NCBI RefSeq assembly: GCF_002113885.1 | Contig: NW_018404492.1 | Span: 7,111,255-7,175,254 of the forward strand | Reading direction: 5' to 3' | DNA from: Mizuhopecten yessoensis | Lineage: Eukaryota | Length of the DNA: 64,000 nucleotides | In this document: positions 40,074 through 53,664 of the stretch, in pieces | Layout of the letters: each line of letters begins with the position of its first letter | Numbering within the stretch: the first letter of the stretch is position 1 | Translations under genes and position numbers: made by a program | Notes under the pieces: model-generated | The model's input: the letters and a program-made list of their open reading frames with translations, nothing else | The model's database searches: none | What the model was told of the DNA's origin: nothing

Positions 40074-40810
40074 TTTATAAAACCACCTGCAACGAAGTTA
40101 AGGGGGTACACTGGAATCAGCTTGCCCGTCCGTCCGTCCGTCCGTAGAAAAAGTTTGTCCGCACAACTTCTTTTAATTAAATGGATTTATTTCAACGAAA
40201 GTTTCCAGATATTATAACTACCACCTGAAGTTGTGCATCCAGGTACTATTGTTTTTATTCTGACCTTTTTTTTACGGAGCAATGGCCCTTGGTTGAAAAA
40301 TACTTTTCCAGACAACTTCTCCAAAACTATGGGGTCACTTTCAACGGAAGTTTACAGATATGGTAACTGCCCCCTGACATTGTGCATCCAAGTAGCATGT
40401 TTCAATTCCGAACCTTTAACAAGGAGTTGTGGCCCTTTGTTGAAAAAAAACTTTAGTCTGCCTCATAAACTTTTGGTCCGATTTCAATGAAATCGTAATT
40501 ACCCCCTGATGTCGTGCATCAGGGTAGTATTTTTTTTTATTTCGACCCCTTGTAAGGAGTTATGGCATTTTGTTGAAAGTCTTTGTCTTGACAAATGTTC
40601 CTTAACTACTAGGACGATTTCAGCAAAACTGATTCATCTGGGCTAACACGATTTGGTATGCAAGTTTGTTTTGGCATTGGGAGGGAGTTTATTTAGTATG
40701 TCAATGACCTACATGTATATACTTTAATAATTACTGGTGCCTTTGGCTTACAGTTTTGTTTTATATAGGAGCGGGGGTATTAGTTGGTATTTGGCTTACA
40801 GTTGTAGATA
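40074..40810 (+). mobile_element. Helentron-associated non-autonomous element (HINE/pearl/DTC84-like) with internal ~150-bp tandem units
   Basis: 5' subTIR/IR accacctgc..gggggtac, (CCGT)5 microsatellite at 40126-40145, about three diverged ~149-bp units (acaacttct...gtgcatc...ggagttatggccctt), and a 3' gcgggggtat subTIR at 40771-40780. Confidence 0.75.
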
Positions 40811-41829
40811 CTTTGTTTTGCCTATCACCCATTCATTGAACAAAATATGTAGGGATATTATTTTATATCGGTAACTCTAAACAAATAAATCAAGGAAAGA
40901 TCTCCTTGTCTGCTCCCGTTACCTAACTTTTATTTTAGCACATTTGATTCTTGTGACCTTGAACGAAGGTCAAGGTCATCAACGTTTACAAAACTTAAAT
41001 CCATTCACACGAACAACCTACTGGCCAAATACCAAGACTCGGGGACATTTCGTTATGAAGAAACACAAGTTAGAGTAGAAAGATAGCTATGTTTTCCTTT
41101 TTTGGATCAAAAGTGTTTCATGACAAATACCGGTTGTCATTTGTTTTTGAAATTTCTGATATTCAAAGATTTTATTGGTAGCCACCTTTAAGCAAGTATG
41201 CACATAAGACTCGATTTAGAACTATGTGAATTAACTTGTCAAAAATAGAAATGTGTTCATTAGTAATGAAATTTCACACACTTTTCAGCGTAAATCTTCA
41301 ATAAAAAAAAACCAACAATTCTTTCCTCAAATAGTGTAACATTTGTTATCAAAATAACAGTTGGAATATGTTGCACACAATGATGATATAATCTTATTGT
41401 AATTGTGTCATTTAAATGCTCTAGGAGGAATTGTATTACCGCACCTTTAACACTCATACTGGTGTAGGTCAATGAGGTCCCATTTATCATTAAATGATTT
41501 CTGAAAATAACTGTTCCTGATTTAAGCTTCCTATACCCATACCTTTTCGGATTTATCTTGTTTTGCAATTCCAAGCGGGGGCCGACGCTAATGTTAAATC
41601 TCCATAGGCGTTGACCCTACCTTTTACCAGTTTACAGAGAAAAGTATCCAAAATGACAACAGAAATAATAACTTTATTCTCACCGTTAAGCCCTTCATAA
41701 ATGTTATTGGTCAAATTGCAATCATTGAATCCGAAATATAAATTCACTACTGCGCCAATACACAATCAACGAACGTAAGAAAAGATAATAACGGGAAATG
41801 AGGCCACACCAAACCAAGTTACATCATAA

Positions 41830-42700
41830 TTCACCAAAAACGGAGTCTTCTTGCTTTGGTAGGGTAAGTGTTTCCTCGTGGAAAACACTGGAATTCAGTT
41901 TTAAACATAGTTCAGGATAACGACCGTAATATTTCTGCAGAGTAGATTGAAACTTCACCGGTAGGAAACCTTGGCTATAATATTGAGTTTGTTGTCCAGC
42001 TAGGCACATCTATCAGGAGAGCCTTAAAACTATTCTTGAGCATTGAATAAATAGTGATATATCAAATCTTTACAAACGGGAGTCTGTTTTTTTGGAAAAC
42101 TATCTACGGCCAGTACCTGGCGACTGTCCCACGTAGGCCTCGAACCCGTGACGCAGTGGTGGAGGGTTAGTGGTAGCAGCATGTCAGACGCCTTAACCAC
42201 TTGGCCACCACCGCCCTCTGGGACCGATAAACTTACAACGAATACATGACACTTATACAGCGCCCTCTACGGTTTATAAATTTAGCAGAGAGGTTTTGTT
42301 AAAAGGCGGAAGATCTTGCAATAAATCGCCCTTTGTGCAAGTGGTTCAATATGACGGAAGAACATCTATACAAGTACTCTTCTTTAATATCAAAATGATA
42401 ATAAACAAGTTTGTTATTTTAAATACCGAAGTATTAGATTGTCCGTCAATATTCAATATCTTTCACGATAGTCATGATATTCGGAGAACGTTTTTGAAAC
42501 CTAGAATACCGAATGCCTAAAACAGATATGTGATTGGTCAATATCTCCTTTTGAAAAAGTGTCAATAACGAAGAAGTAGGAATGCCAACATTGTCAACCA
42601 ACTGAGCTCCATGTGTAGGCAGTTTACGTAATGTAGGATATCCGTCTGCAGTTCTTGTACCGCTCAGTGACATCGAGCGCAAGGATATCCATAACTTCTT
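41830..42700 (-). pseudogene. Decayed Penelope-like retroelement RT remnant, interrupted by the SINE
   Basis: Minus-strand fragments LPSY* (W to stop), HKGRFIARSS..TKPL (~42290-42340) and SQGF..KFQSTLQKYYGRYPEL (~41910-41976) resemble PLE RT segments. Stops and frameshifts are present. Confidence 0.5.
42094..42216 (-). mobile_element. tRNA-derived SINE, 5' part
   Basis: Minus strand reads GGGCGGTGG-TGGCCAAGTGG (A box)-TTAAGGCG...GGTTCGAGGCC (B box)-TACGTGGGACAGTCGCCAGGTACTG; the A-B spacing is long and no tRNA cloverleaf is evident. Confidence 0.75.
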
Positions 42701-43145
42701 GTTAAAATTCTTACATTGTGTTCAGTCATCATGTTGAGTCGTCCACGAAATCATTAGCACGTTTAAATCTACAATCCACAGAATAGATGTATGTAACGAC
42801 TTGTGTATTGACGTATACGTAATATGCCATTTAGCCATAATGAGTGCAAGATACTTTTTCGTTCGGTGCATGTATAAGGAATTTGGGTAGAGTCATACAA
42901 AAATATACGTACGAGAACTCTCTTTTTAATGAGACCAGCGACACATCAATGAACATGCACATTGTTTGAAACATATGACAGCAAGTGTTCAACAGTAAGT
43001 CACATTTCTAGAGTATTTGGAATGTTGATGTCATGCTCTGTTCTTAGTGCTGCTGAACTGTCAGTTCTCGAGATTTGCAGTAACATTGTAACTTGGATAT
43101 GTTCTGTAAAAGTTAACATGAAATACCGGTTTAAGTTATCATTAT

Positions 43146-43600
43146 ACAATTGTTTCATGGCTATTTGGGGAACAGTCAAAACTATCATCCCGAGGTAGAA
43201 GGAAGCCCTGGGGAACTATTTGCCCGAGGCCGCTAGGCCGAGGGCAAACAGTTCCACTGGGCTTCCCCTTACCGAGGGATGGTAGTTTTGACAGTCCCCC
43301 AAATAACCATGAACCAATTGTTTTATTACCAAATACACATTAGTATCAATGCTGCATGTAATGATGACTCGCCACTGCATTGCTTCGTCTGCGTAAACAA
43401 CACTGAGTCGCGCTCATCGAAACGCTTGAACGGGGCTTTCGAGGGTGGATTTCTGCGCATCGAGTTCGCGCCGGGTAACAGTCGTTTGGACCGGCAAAAC
43501 GGTTTTGACTGTTTCACCCCTACAGCCGAAATTGGACAAAAAGCCAGAAACAGTCAAAAATAATTAATTATAATGTATATAGTCTATTGGGTAATTATAA
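43146..43600. mobile_element. Non-autonomous hairpin-ended element (Crypton-like), opposite orientation
   Basis: ~175-bp palindrome 43146-43321 centred on CGAG-GCC-GCTA-GGC-CGAG, followed by ttttattacc (43321), which pairs imperfectly with gggtaattataaa (~43589). Confidence 0.6.
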
Positions 43601-46600
43601 ATGTTGTTAACAAAATTGTGAAGAATCGTAACGTTTTATAGACACCTGTTCCTTTTAATTTATCGCTCAATTGTTTTCAAGATTATTTTCTGGGGGTAAG
43701 GGAGTACTAGTACATGTTTATTCATATCATCAGCCATATTAAAGACAGTTTTAAATATTTTGTTTTGATATTTGGCAACTGTAGCTCTATATAAGTATAT
43801 GTAAATGATGAAATCGTATGCGTTTTGCATTCAAATGTTTAAGGTGTTCTGTATGCTTTTACCACCATTAGTCTCTTTCACATTACTGATGCCCTCACAG
43901 CAAAATACCCCTCTCCTAATCACCGAATGTAAACATCTGTGGTCCGTGTCGGTGTGGTCTACAAGCAGTTGTTCTGGTGATAGGGTATATCTGTTGGGAT
44001 CTATTAAATAATAAGTAAATGGCAGGGACACCACATTGCTCATTAATTATATAAGACAATCGTTGTGGGTCCTTAAAGTAATTAAAAGTTGTTCAGTATC
44101 TTTAATAATAACTCAACGCGCGCGTGACTGAGATTTGCTTCCTCTTCAAAAATAGAAAACTTCAGCACAGGTCGCCTACAGAGGGTATTTTGTATTAGTG
44201 TCAATATGACTTAAAACCTTGAATTTTAAATGTTTTGTTATAGATATTAACTACTTATGTACATTTAATTAGTTATGCTTAGATGTTGAAAAATAAATAT
44301 AATGTTGGTTTACCTCCGATATTTGTTTATCAAAAAAGCACATGAACGGGCCGTTGAGGTTTTAGTGTTAAAAGGGACATGTGAATTGATAACACTGAAT
44401 TTCTAGTCAGTGGAGATTTGTAAGGTCGGCAATGTAGTCCACTGGAAGGCTTTGCGCTGTAGCCAACTGCGTACATTTCTGCAATTTTGTCAAATTGCAG
44501 AAATGGACGCAGTTGGCTACAGAAACCTGTGTCTTCTCAGTTTGGCATGGGTTTTCTTGGACAGATACATGTATTCCTTATTGCCGAGGTCAAAAATGCC
44601 AACATAAATAAAAGTACATTGCATTACATGTATTAGTTTTGCGTATGCTATTTTTGTACCAGCAGTCTGAAATAAATAAAGTTGACGTTTTACAATCAAA
44701 AATGAGAGACTGATAAATCACTGACATGCGCGCTATAGTGTCTGATCAAGTCAAGTCGTCACAGTCTGCTGAGTTATTGACCACGTACATAATGTATATG
44801 CATTACCAATGTGATAATGCTTCTGTCCTCAGTCGAGGTAAACTTACTCGTGCGCACGTAGGTTTTCACGTGTTGTCTGTCTTATTCACAATTCCGGGTT
44901 TGCCAATATCCACCAGATACGCGGTATTAATGACGTAACGTCTCTAAATGTTAAATGTCTATATTACCTGACCGACTTACACACAATGTCATGTTACTAG
45001 ATCCATAATGGTACCAGAACGTTGGCAATGTTATTTGGGGTCTGCTTCGGTTAATGTCACGAGGTGAAGTGAATGCATAAGTATTTATGATCGCACTAAA
45101 TAGGTTGCACAGGACCCATTACCTTAGCCAGTCCAGAATATGCAATTAAAGATACGAACTCAACGAATTAGGTAGTTGTTCTGTGTATTGCTGAGAAAAG
45201 TAATTAAATTGTCCACGTATCATGATATGGTCATTTGGGAAACAACCTGCTTTTGAAGTATCGAAAATGGTCGCGTTTAGCGATCTTTGACTCAAAATCA
45301 TGTTTAATAAAGTTTTTATTTTTAATGGTTACTAATAATGTTCCGTAGTAACATGCAGAGGTTATCGTTAAACTATTTAGTCAAACAATTCTCATCTGCT
45401 TTTCTTTTTTATGTAGTTCGACAATGACACTTGAGTGTATCACCATCGTCTACATGACAATACTGCTTAGGAATATTGTCTATAATTTCTGTCGTCTTGT
45501 CTTTTTACCTGGTCCAATACATCTACTGTCTTGGTCGATTAGCCTTGTCGATAATGGATGTTGTCTAATCGAAAACATATGTTTCCTTGTCGCATATGTA
45601 TGATGTCTTGTAGAATGGGTCTATTTGTCAAATGTGTATGATGACTCGTTTTTGTTTTGTTTTGTTAATATGGCCGATATCTTGTTGAATATGGCTGTTG
45701 TGCTGTTGAATGGGTCTCTTGTCTTGCCGTTACATTATATGTCTTTAATGAATTTCCTTTCCTATACTGAATGATTATAAAAACACGATCCATATTAAAT
45801 AAACGTTCTTATTGTGAACTTGATAGCGCAAACTAAACGCTTTGTCATCTGAAACATCCTGACTACATGTAACATTATGAAATAATGAAACGCATTGTAG
45901 CTTGAACATGTCGGGAAATCAAACACAAGAAAATAATTCGAAAATGATTTTAGATAATTCGAAGTTTTATATACCTGTAGCATGTTGTACAATCCCTCTA
46001 CTATTTAAGTTTTGCCAACTCTATGTTAATGCCACGGTGTTTTATCGAAAATGGAACCAATGCTACAGTTTAAAATTGTTTAGATATCTCGATGGCGTTC
46101 ATCAATGTACAGTAAATATCGGGTGCGATTGGTTTGACATTTCTGAATCCTATTCCTCAGATGAATACAGGAACTACTTCCTCCGGGCGATATCGGTTCC
46201 AGCTGCCACTGACAGGAAGAAACATTGCTCGATTTGTAAGTGTGCTTCGTCATTTATCAATACGCAGGTACATCTACTCTGACGGTGGGTGTCGTGCATT
46301 TCCGGTTGACGCTTGTTATGGAGCAATAGGGGCATGCTTCTCGTTCAAACATGGCACGAAGGCGAACACAATTTTCTCTATTTGATAACTACTAACGATT
46401 CAGGAATACGGACCATTTTGTCTTACAGATAGTGTTCTGTTTCATAGAAGAGGTTTTTGCGATTGGGTAAGGTTACTAGAACAGTGTTATGACGTGACGT
46501 TTGTAATATTTTGTCGACCGCTTGGTCCAGTTGGTAAGTTAATGATGTGGTTAAGAGTCAATAGGAATTTTAAACGTAAGTATATGGCAATTTAGATAAG

Positions 46601-49600
46601 TCATAACTACATCAGGTGAGAAATAGTAATTATCCAAAACTACCACAAGTCATGCGCAGCATATGGTGATACTCCTTCCGGGTTATTTCTCTCATTGAAT
46701 CACATCATACTGACTTCCTAAAGTAAACAAACTTCCAGATCCTTCTAATTCCAGGACAATACCTTGTGTATTATACAGACTAAAGAAACAATTACTTACA
46801 GAGTATGTAGCATCCATCGGATTACTTTAGTCCTGCTGACAAAATCATGCAATACGTGACATTTCAGTAAAGAATGACGATTCTTAACAAACAATAGACG
46901 TAAGACACTTCAGATACGATGTGTATCTGGAGAAATGAAGATCTGTTAACTCTGAGCACGTTTAAGTAGGAGATACATTTATTGTCATATATATATCTTA
47001 TCAATCAGTCATGTTTTGAGTCGAATTTGCCATGTTTTAACATAAAATGATTTATAATACACTTGTAATATTCTATCAGATCACGATTATGACGATGACA
47101 ATATCACATTTTCAGGAAGGTTATTGTAATAAGCGTTACAACATACAAACTCAGTCGTTGATCTCAGTGTAATCATCATTCAGCTGATGTGATGTATTTA
47201 TCTTAATAATATACGGTAATTTATATTTATACAACACGCTGAATGACTAGAATACCGATTATTTGGACTACCATAGGCAGTAAACCAGAATACAGAAAAA
47301 TCATTAATGATAGAACGCCAGAATACAGATAATTCGTACTGGGCATCACACAGGCATAGTGGCTTCAGTAACACTTAAATGTACCGGTATCTTGAGATAG
47401 TACTTTATCTGTACACTGCATTTAACGATTTGATTTTTAAATATTGTTAGTGATGAGGGGCTGGGGTTCAGAAGACCAGTTATACTATTTTTATTAAAAT
47501 TTATTGGGAAACAACTACATAAATAAGAATATAAAGCTTTACAACATGTTAATTATATATCTAACCTGTGTTTAATATGCATAAATTAAACTATTTGGTG
47601 GGATTGAATTTCAAACCTCATCAGTGGATGGTCTTGTGTGATACAATGGACTTTTGGCCTGTATCTGTTGGGTGCGGTAATTTAATCCCATCAAATGTTT
47701 ATACATGCAGCTCCATCAACAAATTATTTTTCTTTTCTCTTTATAATATGTATATACCGGTATATATTTTATATGTCTTTTCAATATCAAAATAAAAGGT
47801 TAGACTTTAAACCATTAGATTCCATTAAAATAAAAATGAGTATTAGTAGTTGTTTCCCCTAATTTGATTATTAATTTGATTATATGTGTTTGTATGTGTT
47901 CTAATGTCTATGTCTATGCTTGTACCACTGTCTGTTACTATGTTTGGAAAGGGCTTAAATAGGCTATGCCTGCTGCCCAATCCATTTGTCCTTTGACAAT
48001 AAAATTTATTGAAATTAAAAAAAAAGAATGATGGAATAAACTTTAACACTGAAAAACAAGCTCATCGTGTAAGCTAGCATGTATTCTTTAATACAGGTCT
48101 TCAACGGGTAACACGGCTATTTGTATTGTTCTACACATATTTATCAACAGGATTGCTCAGGGTTACATCTTACATGATATTCTCTACAATCTTGCCCTTT
48201 GATTTACATCCCAAGCCCATAAGTTTGCTACATGATATCACTGTTGCAAAAAGATCAAAAACCAGACAATAAATGATTATATACCTGAAACGTCACAGTA
48301 ACAGCATCGGCCAGGGAGACTATAGGGTTACAATGCCGTAATTCTTAACCACCAATACAGGATAAATCTTTTTTTTAAATAAAAAAATAGTGCATGCTTT
48401 ATTTAATAAGCTGTTTTTAAGTAGACAAAGTAATGTACTCAAAAGAACGCAAAACCTTTGCCATTTATTTTTGTCTTGATTTTACATACATTGCATGACC
48501 ATGAATCTTATATAATTTAAATGTCATGTACATTTTTTTGTAATATTGTTCCTTTTAATAGTAATTACTGAGAACATTTACATGGGCATTTGAATACGGC
48601 TTTAATGCTTATTATTACTCTCATGCTAAATAGGGACGTTTGATCGTGTGCATTGGTTACGTCAGATATATTATCTGTGTATGACGTACGTATGCATAAT
48701 AACAGTACTTAACATGAGTCATGTCTTAAAGCATATACACTGTACCTTTATTTGATTTGTCCGTTCGTCATTGATGGCTATAACAGACAAAACTGGTTAT
48801 ATCTACGGGTATTTACTGATTGACCAGTTTGTGTAATTAACAGGTGACCTCACACCTGGTTTGTTTGTTGCGGCTGATGTTTCTTTACACTAAATGTGTG
48901 TATGTGACTCACTACGCATTCGGACTACATACAATCCTGCTAACCACTCTTTAGATTGTGATAAATGCAAACACTAAACCGGAAGTATCATTGAAAGATA
49001 TCGATCCGGCGGGTATAATTATACTGCCTAGTTTGACTGTCCACACACTGGACTAATTTGTAATGGCACGATACCTTTGAGCATAGCAGATGGTCACTTT
49101 ATAAATTAACATTTACCAGAATGATCAATAGCTAAATTTCTAAATTATTTCGATTTTTCATATTTGATGAAAAGTAAACTGTAAGCAAACAACTGAAATG
49201 GACTGTAAACCGTTTGCGTTCTTAGGACAATGAATGTCATCAGGTGACTTCGGTCACTCTTTTTAACGTTATTTGAGTACAATACAATGCTCATTTGAAC
49301 AAGCCCGCTGTAATTGACCATTTCGGTTTCAAACCGTTTTCACCTGTACGGGCCGACATAATGATTTACAAAATGTCCCGTGTTTATTCGTCCCCGAGAT
49401 TCGCCGTCACCTTGATACCTGCATTGTTTTGGAGTGGTAGCACGTTACATAATGCACACACTTTTCTCTTTGTTAATTTCAAGTTAGAATGTATCCAGAA
49501 ATCCTCTCTCATTTCTGGAATTCAGAAACGTAAGAGTTTTTAAGCACATTTCCTTCTTGTTTCTCCACCCTATTGGTCCATAGCATGACCGATGAGTTAT

Positions 49601-52153
49601 AAAAGGACGAAACAGCTTTGTGGCACGGCGTAATTTATTTTTACATACCGTATCTATTACTTAACATTAAAAGTCCAATGCCATGTGCGTCTTTCAAAAC
49701 GGCAATTTATCTTCGTCATTTCCATGATCTTTTCTGTTGACACATGTACAACACACATACCCACGCATTATAAGGACACTGCGTTGAGTTCTAAACTATG
49801 TTTAAATCTGTAATCCAAAAGGTTAAAAAGGTAATGAAGCTTCTAATCTGTTGACAAAATAAGCTTTCGATCCGTTATAATATTGAAATTTACATTTTGT
49901 ACTAATTTTCTCCCTGCTTATGACTACACTGTACACTTGAGATTGACTAACACTGGCGTCACGATATCTACACCGTTACAAAGCATGCATGTAACAACTG
50001 TCCCTCCAGCCAAGCAACGTCTAATTGGATGCCGATAATGGCCGTTTAACACAGCTCTTTAGCTTTTACGTGTTTTTGATCGATTATTGAGATTCATCGC
50101 AGTTCGTGATATCCGTAAAACATCAGCGCTGACCAGCAAATATCGGTAAAATCCTCAGTAGTTGTCATTCTCTAGATATGAAACATGTAATCAAACAATT
50201 ATCAACAGCATCATGGTTAGGAACAAGAACGTTTTTAGAAGTCTATATTGTGTCGCACCAAGGGTTGCCCATGTTTAAAAGCTGCAGACATTCGTATTAG
50301 GTTATATCAGTTACTTAAACACAGTGCGTTTTAACTAATAGTGTCAACACTACATAGCTCAAGGTGAATGTTTGATGGGTGTAACATCATCACCACACCA
50401 CAGCGAAGTGTGCTCTATGCTTGTTTGGTTTGGACTTCATGTCAACAGATATGATCATACGATGATGGTCTTAACTGATGATGTGACCAATCAAAAAAGC
50501 TGATCATGGAAGCACTGGAAATTTACCTCGGTAACATAATTTTTCCAATGAGCATGAAATCTGCATGGGGAAACACACACGAAAGAGATATAGATCCCAA
50601 GTGCCGGGGCAGCAGACCATTGAATTCGACGTCACGCCATGAGCGGTCCCCGATTACTCGAAACCGTATTAACGTAATTACGGAAACTTCCGAACAGTTT
50701 TCGATTTGAATACATTCTCTTGCTGTTATCGTTTTTAACAGACATGTAAATTATTTCCGATAGCTTGAACATGAAACTTATTATATATTATATAAGATAT
50801 TCATGATTTTGTGATGAATAACAGTTATATTTGACGAGCTGGATGAATATTATGATAATTGTAAGAAGCACGATTAAAGAAATGCATCCCACCAGTGATA
50901 TTTATCATGTTATTCCTTCAGAAACCAATAACATTCTGTTCATTTATCATTTTCTTCGAAAAGGGTTGTTGTGGACAGATAATCTATCTCCCGCCAAAAG
51001 ATTTTGAGACAAAAAATGCTATCTAGTGACGTCACAACAAGAAAACGTATGGACATCAGTGATGTCACAATTGACAAACCCTTTGTTGTTATGTATCACA
51101 CTAAACCCCGCTCACTTATTTGTTGGTGTAGAATGAAACTTACAAAAACGGTATACATCACCATCAACAGAATTTAACCATTCCATATGGATATTTGGAC
51201 GTAGTAGATTCGCCTGTATCATGAATGTAATGGCGTGGAAGATTTATACCATGATAACAAATAGCATTTGCATCATATTTACATGCATTCCCTATGACTT
51301 GATATTTTTTTTTTTAGTTTTCATTATTCGTGAGAGTATAGATTGATAAAAAGTTTTTTGACCATACATATGTACGTAGAGTAAATATGTAGCCGATGTA
51401 AATAGCAGTTAAAAAGGGGTCACTGCTACATATGATGTAGATAGGGGTACGTGTATACTCCCATTGTTGTCGTGTTGTCATAAAGAAGATACTTTTACGA
51501 CTCCGTACATGTCAAGATTGTGACGTCAGAAATAATGTTTTACAAATAACATGAAAAACTATACCAACAGCAAGACATGGCTTAAAAAGGTATCGTTAGT
51601 TGCATAGGTAATGCATGTGTTACACCTGAAATGGATATCACATAGACTCACTTTATCTCAATATTGACGCTTTTTAGAAATTCAATTTATAAATAATCCG
51701 TTATGATTGTTTTTTTTACATTCATTACATACATGTACATTGTATACGGTAACAAAATATCTAACCGGACGCTGTCCAGTGCGGAGTTGTAGTAGACATT
51801 GCGTCACCCCGATGTAGGTCCATTGACTCTTTAGGTTATCAATCCTATAATTCACATGAGTCTCACTCACATCCGTTGGTACAAACCTTCCGACATGGAC
51901 ATGTATTGGGTGTGTGCTGGTCACCAGCAAAGTGCGGCGTAACGCTATAGGACTCACACATCTAAATCATTTACTATATGTTATTACTAAGCTTTTGTGT
52001 TAATAGCGTTACAATTTGAAGTTCAGCACTAGTGACAACGGTCTAGATCCACATTTTTGGCGGGTTTAGTGGTACATTGTATATAAGATCGCTACAGTGG
52101 TCTGCTTTTGACAATCGGAAGTTTATAAGCCAAACCGGTGAAGTGGAAGGGGA

Positions 52154-52154
<1 letters not shown>

Positions 52155-52193
<39 letters not shown>

Positions 52194-52194
52194 N
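52155..52194. repeat. Poly-C tract (39 C followed by an ambiguous base)
   Basis: Homopolymer about 14 bp left of the CACTA end; its length is likely assembly-uncertain. Confidence 0.85.
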
Positions 52195-52227
52195 TTCCGC
52201 CACCACACACTACTGCCAAGATTGCCC

Positions 52228-52808
52228 ATTACAAACCCATCAAAAAGCCATTATTTATACTGCCATTACTTTTGTACACCTTTAATGGCCTCTAAAGTAA
52301 TGGCCAAACCCATTACCTGACCATTACTTTCCCATTAAAGTTTCAATTAAGTAATTGCCATCACAAAATAATGGGCCAATTATTAGATTTCAATGTAATG
52401 GGCATTAAAATTTCTGACCTAATGTAATGACCATTACTTTCGAGGTAATGCATTTTTAATGGGCATTACTTGTTTCAACAGTAATGCCATTACTTTGTGG
52501 AGTGTCCATTACATTTCGCCCAAAAAGTTGTAATGGCCATTAGAGGTGCACAAAACTAATAGACCATTGCAATAAAGTACATTTTAATGGCCATTATTGT
52601 TTTTAAATAATGGCCATTACTTTCAAAAATTAAAATTATTTATGGGCATTACATTTTTTACAGTAATGGCCACATTTTGTGATGCATAATTGTAATGGCC
52701 ATTACTTTTACAAAAGTAATGCTATATATTTTTAAGGGCCATTACATGAGGTGCATGTAATGATCATTACTTTGCACATAAAATGTATAATTATTTAATG
52801 CCATTACT
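52228..52808. repeat. CACTA left subterminal repeat array ((G)TAATGGCCATTA(C) palindrome and CCATTA half-sites)
   Basis: Many perfect and near-perfect copies, e.g. gtaatggccattag, taatggccattatt, taatggccattac, taatgggcattac. Confidence 0.9.
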
Positions 52809-52821
52809 TATATGGTCACAC

Positions 52822-53664
52822 AAGTGTGGTCCTGAATAATCAATTTAATTAGTCGACGTCTGGTTGTTTGTCTCTGAAAATCGATTAATCAATCTTTGTT
52901 TTCCATGATTGATTATAGTTTGACTAATTAAGTATTAACAAAAAATAAACTCGGATAGTTACTGTTATTACCGCCGACAGCGAGTTGTTCCTTCTTGGGC
53001 AAAACAAATTGACCGAACGTCCCACACAACGACAACGCTGATTGGCTAGCTGGTCCACCCGATAACCATCAGAACTTGCGTTTCAATGGAAATGCTGCAT
53101 GGCTCAGTCAGTGAGTGACAATATGCATGGCAAACCAGGACAATGCATGGCAAACCAGGACATTCCGGAGATTAAACTCTATGATCATCCAGGTGCTACC
53201 GATTTAAACGTTTGGAAGGTATTGTTCCGTCTTAGCTGGATATAAATAAAACGCTTTGTCGAAAGTTTGGGTTATCTTACAAATAAAATGTTAAGTTTGA
53301 CTGCAGGGTGTCATCAGGTGAATGCCAATCCATCGCGGCATTTCTGAATACGAGATGCAGCTGTCACACTCACAGCATAATGGACCTTGCAAACATCATC
53401 AATTTCATTTCCAAATACATATTTTTCAATAATTATAAGGTTCCGTCAACAAACGTATTGTTTTTGTTTGAATGTTGTGCGTTATTAGCGAAATTCTCTA
53501 ATGTCAGGTTTTCCGCAGAAACGAAAGTGAAAGTAGATTTCGGAAATCGAATATAACCTTAAATTACTGAATTCAAATTCAATTTGATCGATCATTAGTC
53601 GATCATCAGTCACTTGATTGGAAGTGATGATCGAGTATGAATTTACAAGCGATTGCCAACACTA
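52822..53664 (+). mobile_element. Possible decayed internally deleted hAT-type element nested in the CACTA left arm
   Basis: Right end cgattgccaacacta (revcomp TAGTGTTGGCAATCG), TCGA-rich subtermini at both ends, and BED-finger-like remnants (..GATDLNVWK; LDINKTLCRK.GLSYK*) at ~53150-53285. The left TIR is weak and no TSD is seen. Confidence 0.4.

Noticed and set aside
42130-42216. tRNA gene
   Set aside because: A and B boxes are present but there is no cloverleaf or acceptor stem, and the sequence continues into a SINE body; the same applies to 35641-35748.
46161-46235. 75-nt plus-strand candidate exon (cctcag|ATG…TTT|gtaagt)
   Set aside because: Plausible splice sites, but no recognisable protein motif and no partner exons found.
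50790-51260. Possible fifth hairpin-ended element
   Set aside because: The palindrome is too degraded to define arms or boundaries by eye.
52077-52320. Poly-proline ORFs
   Set aside because: Translation of the poly-C homopolymer plus the transposon end.
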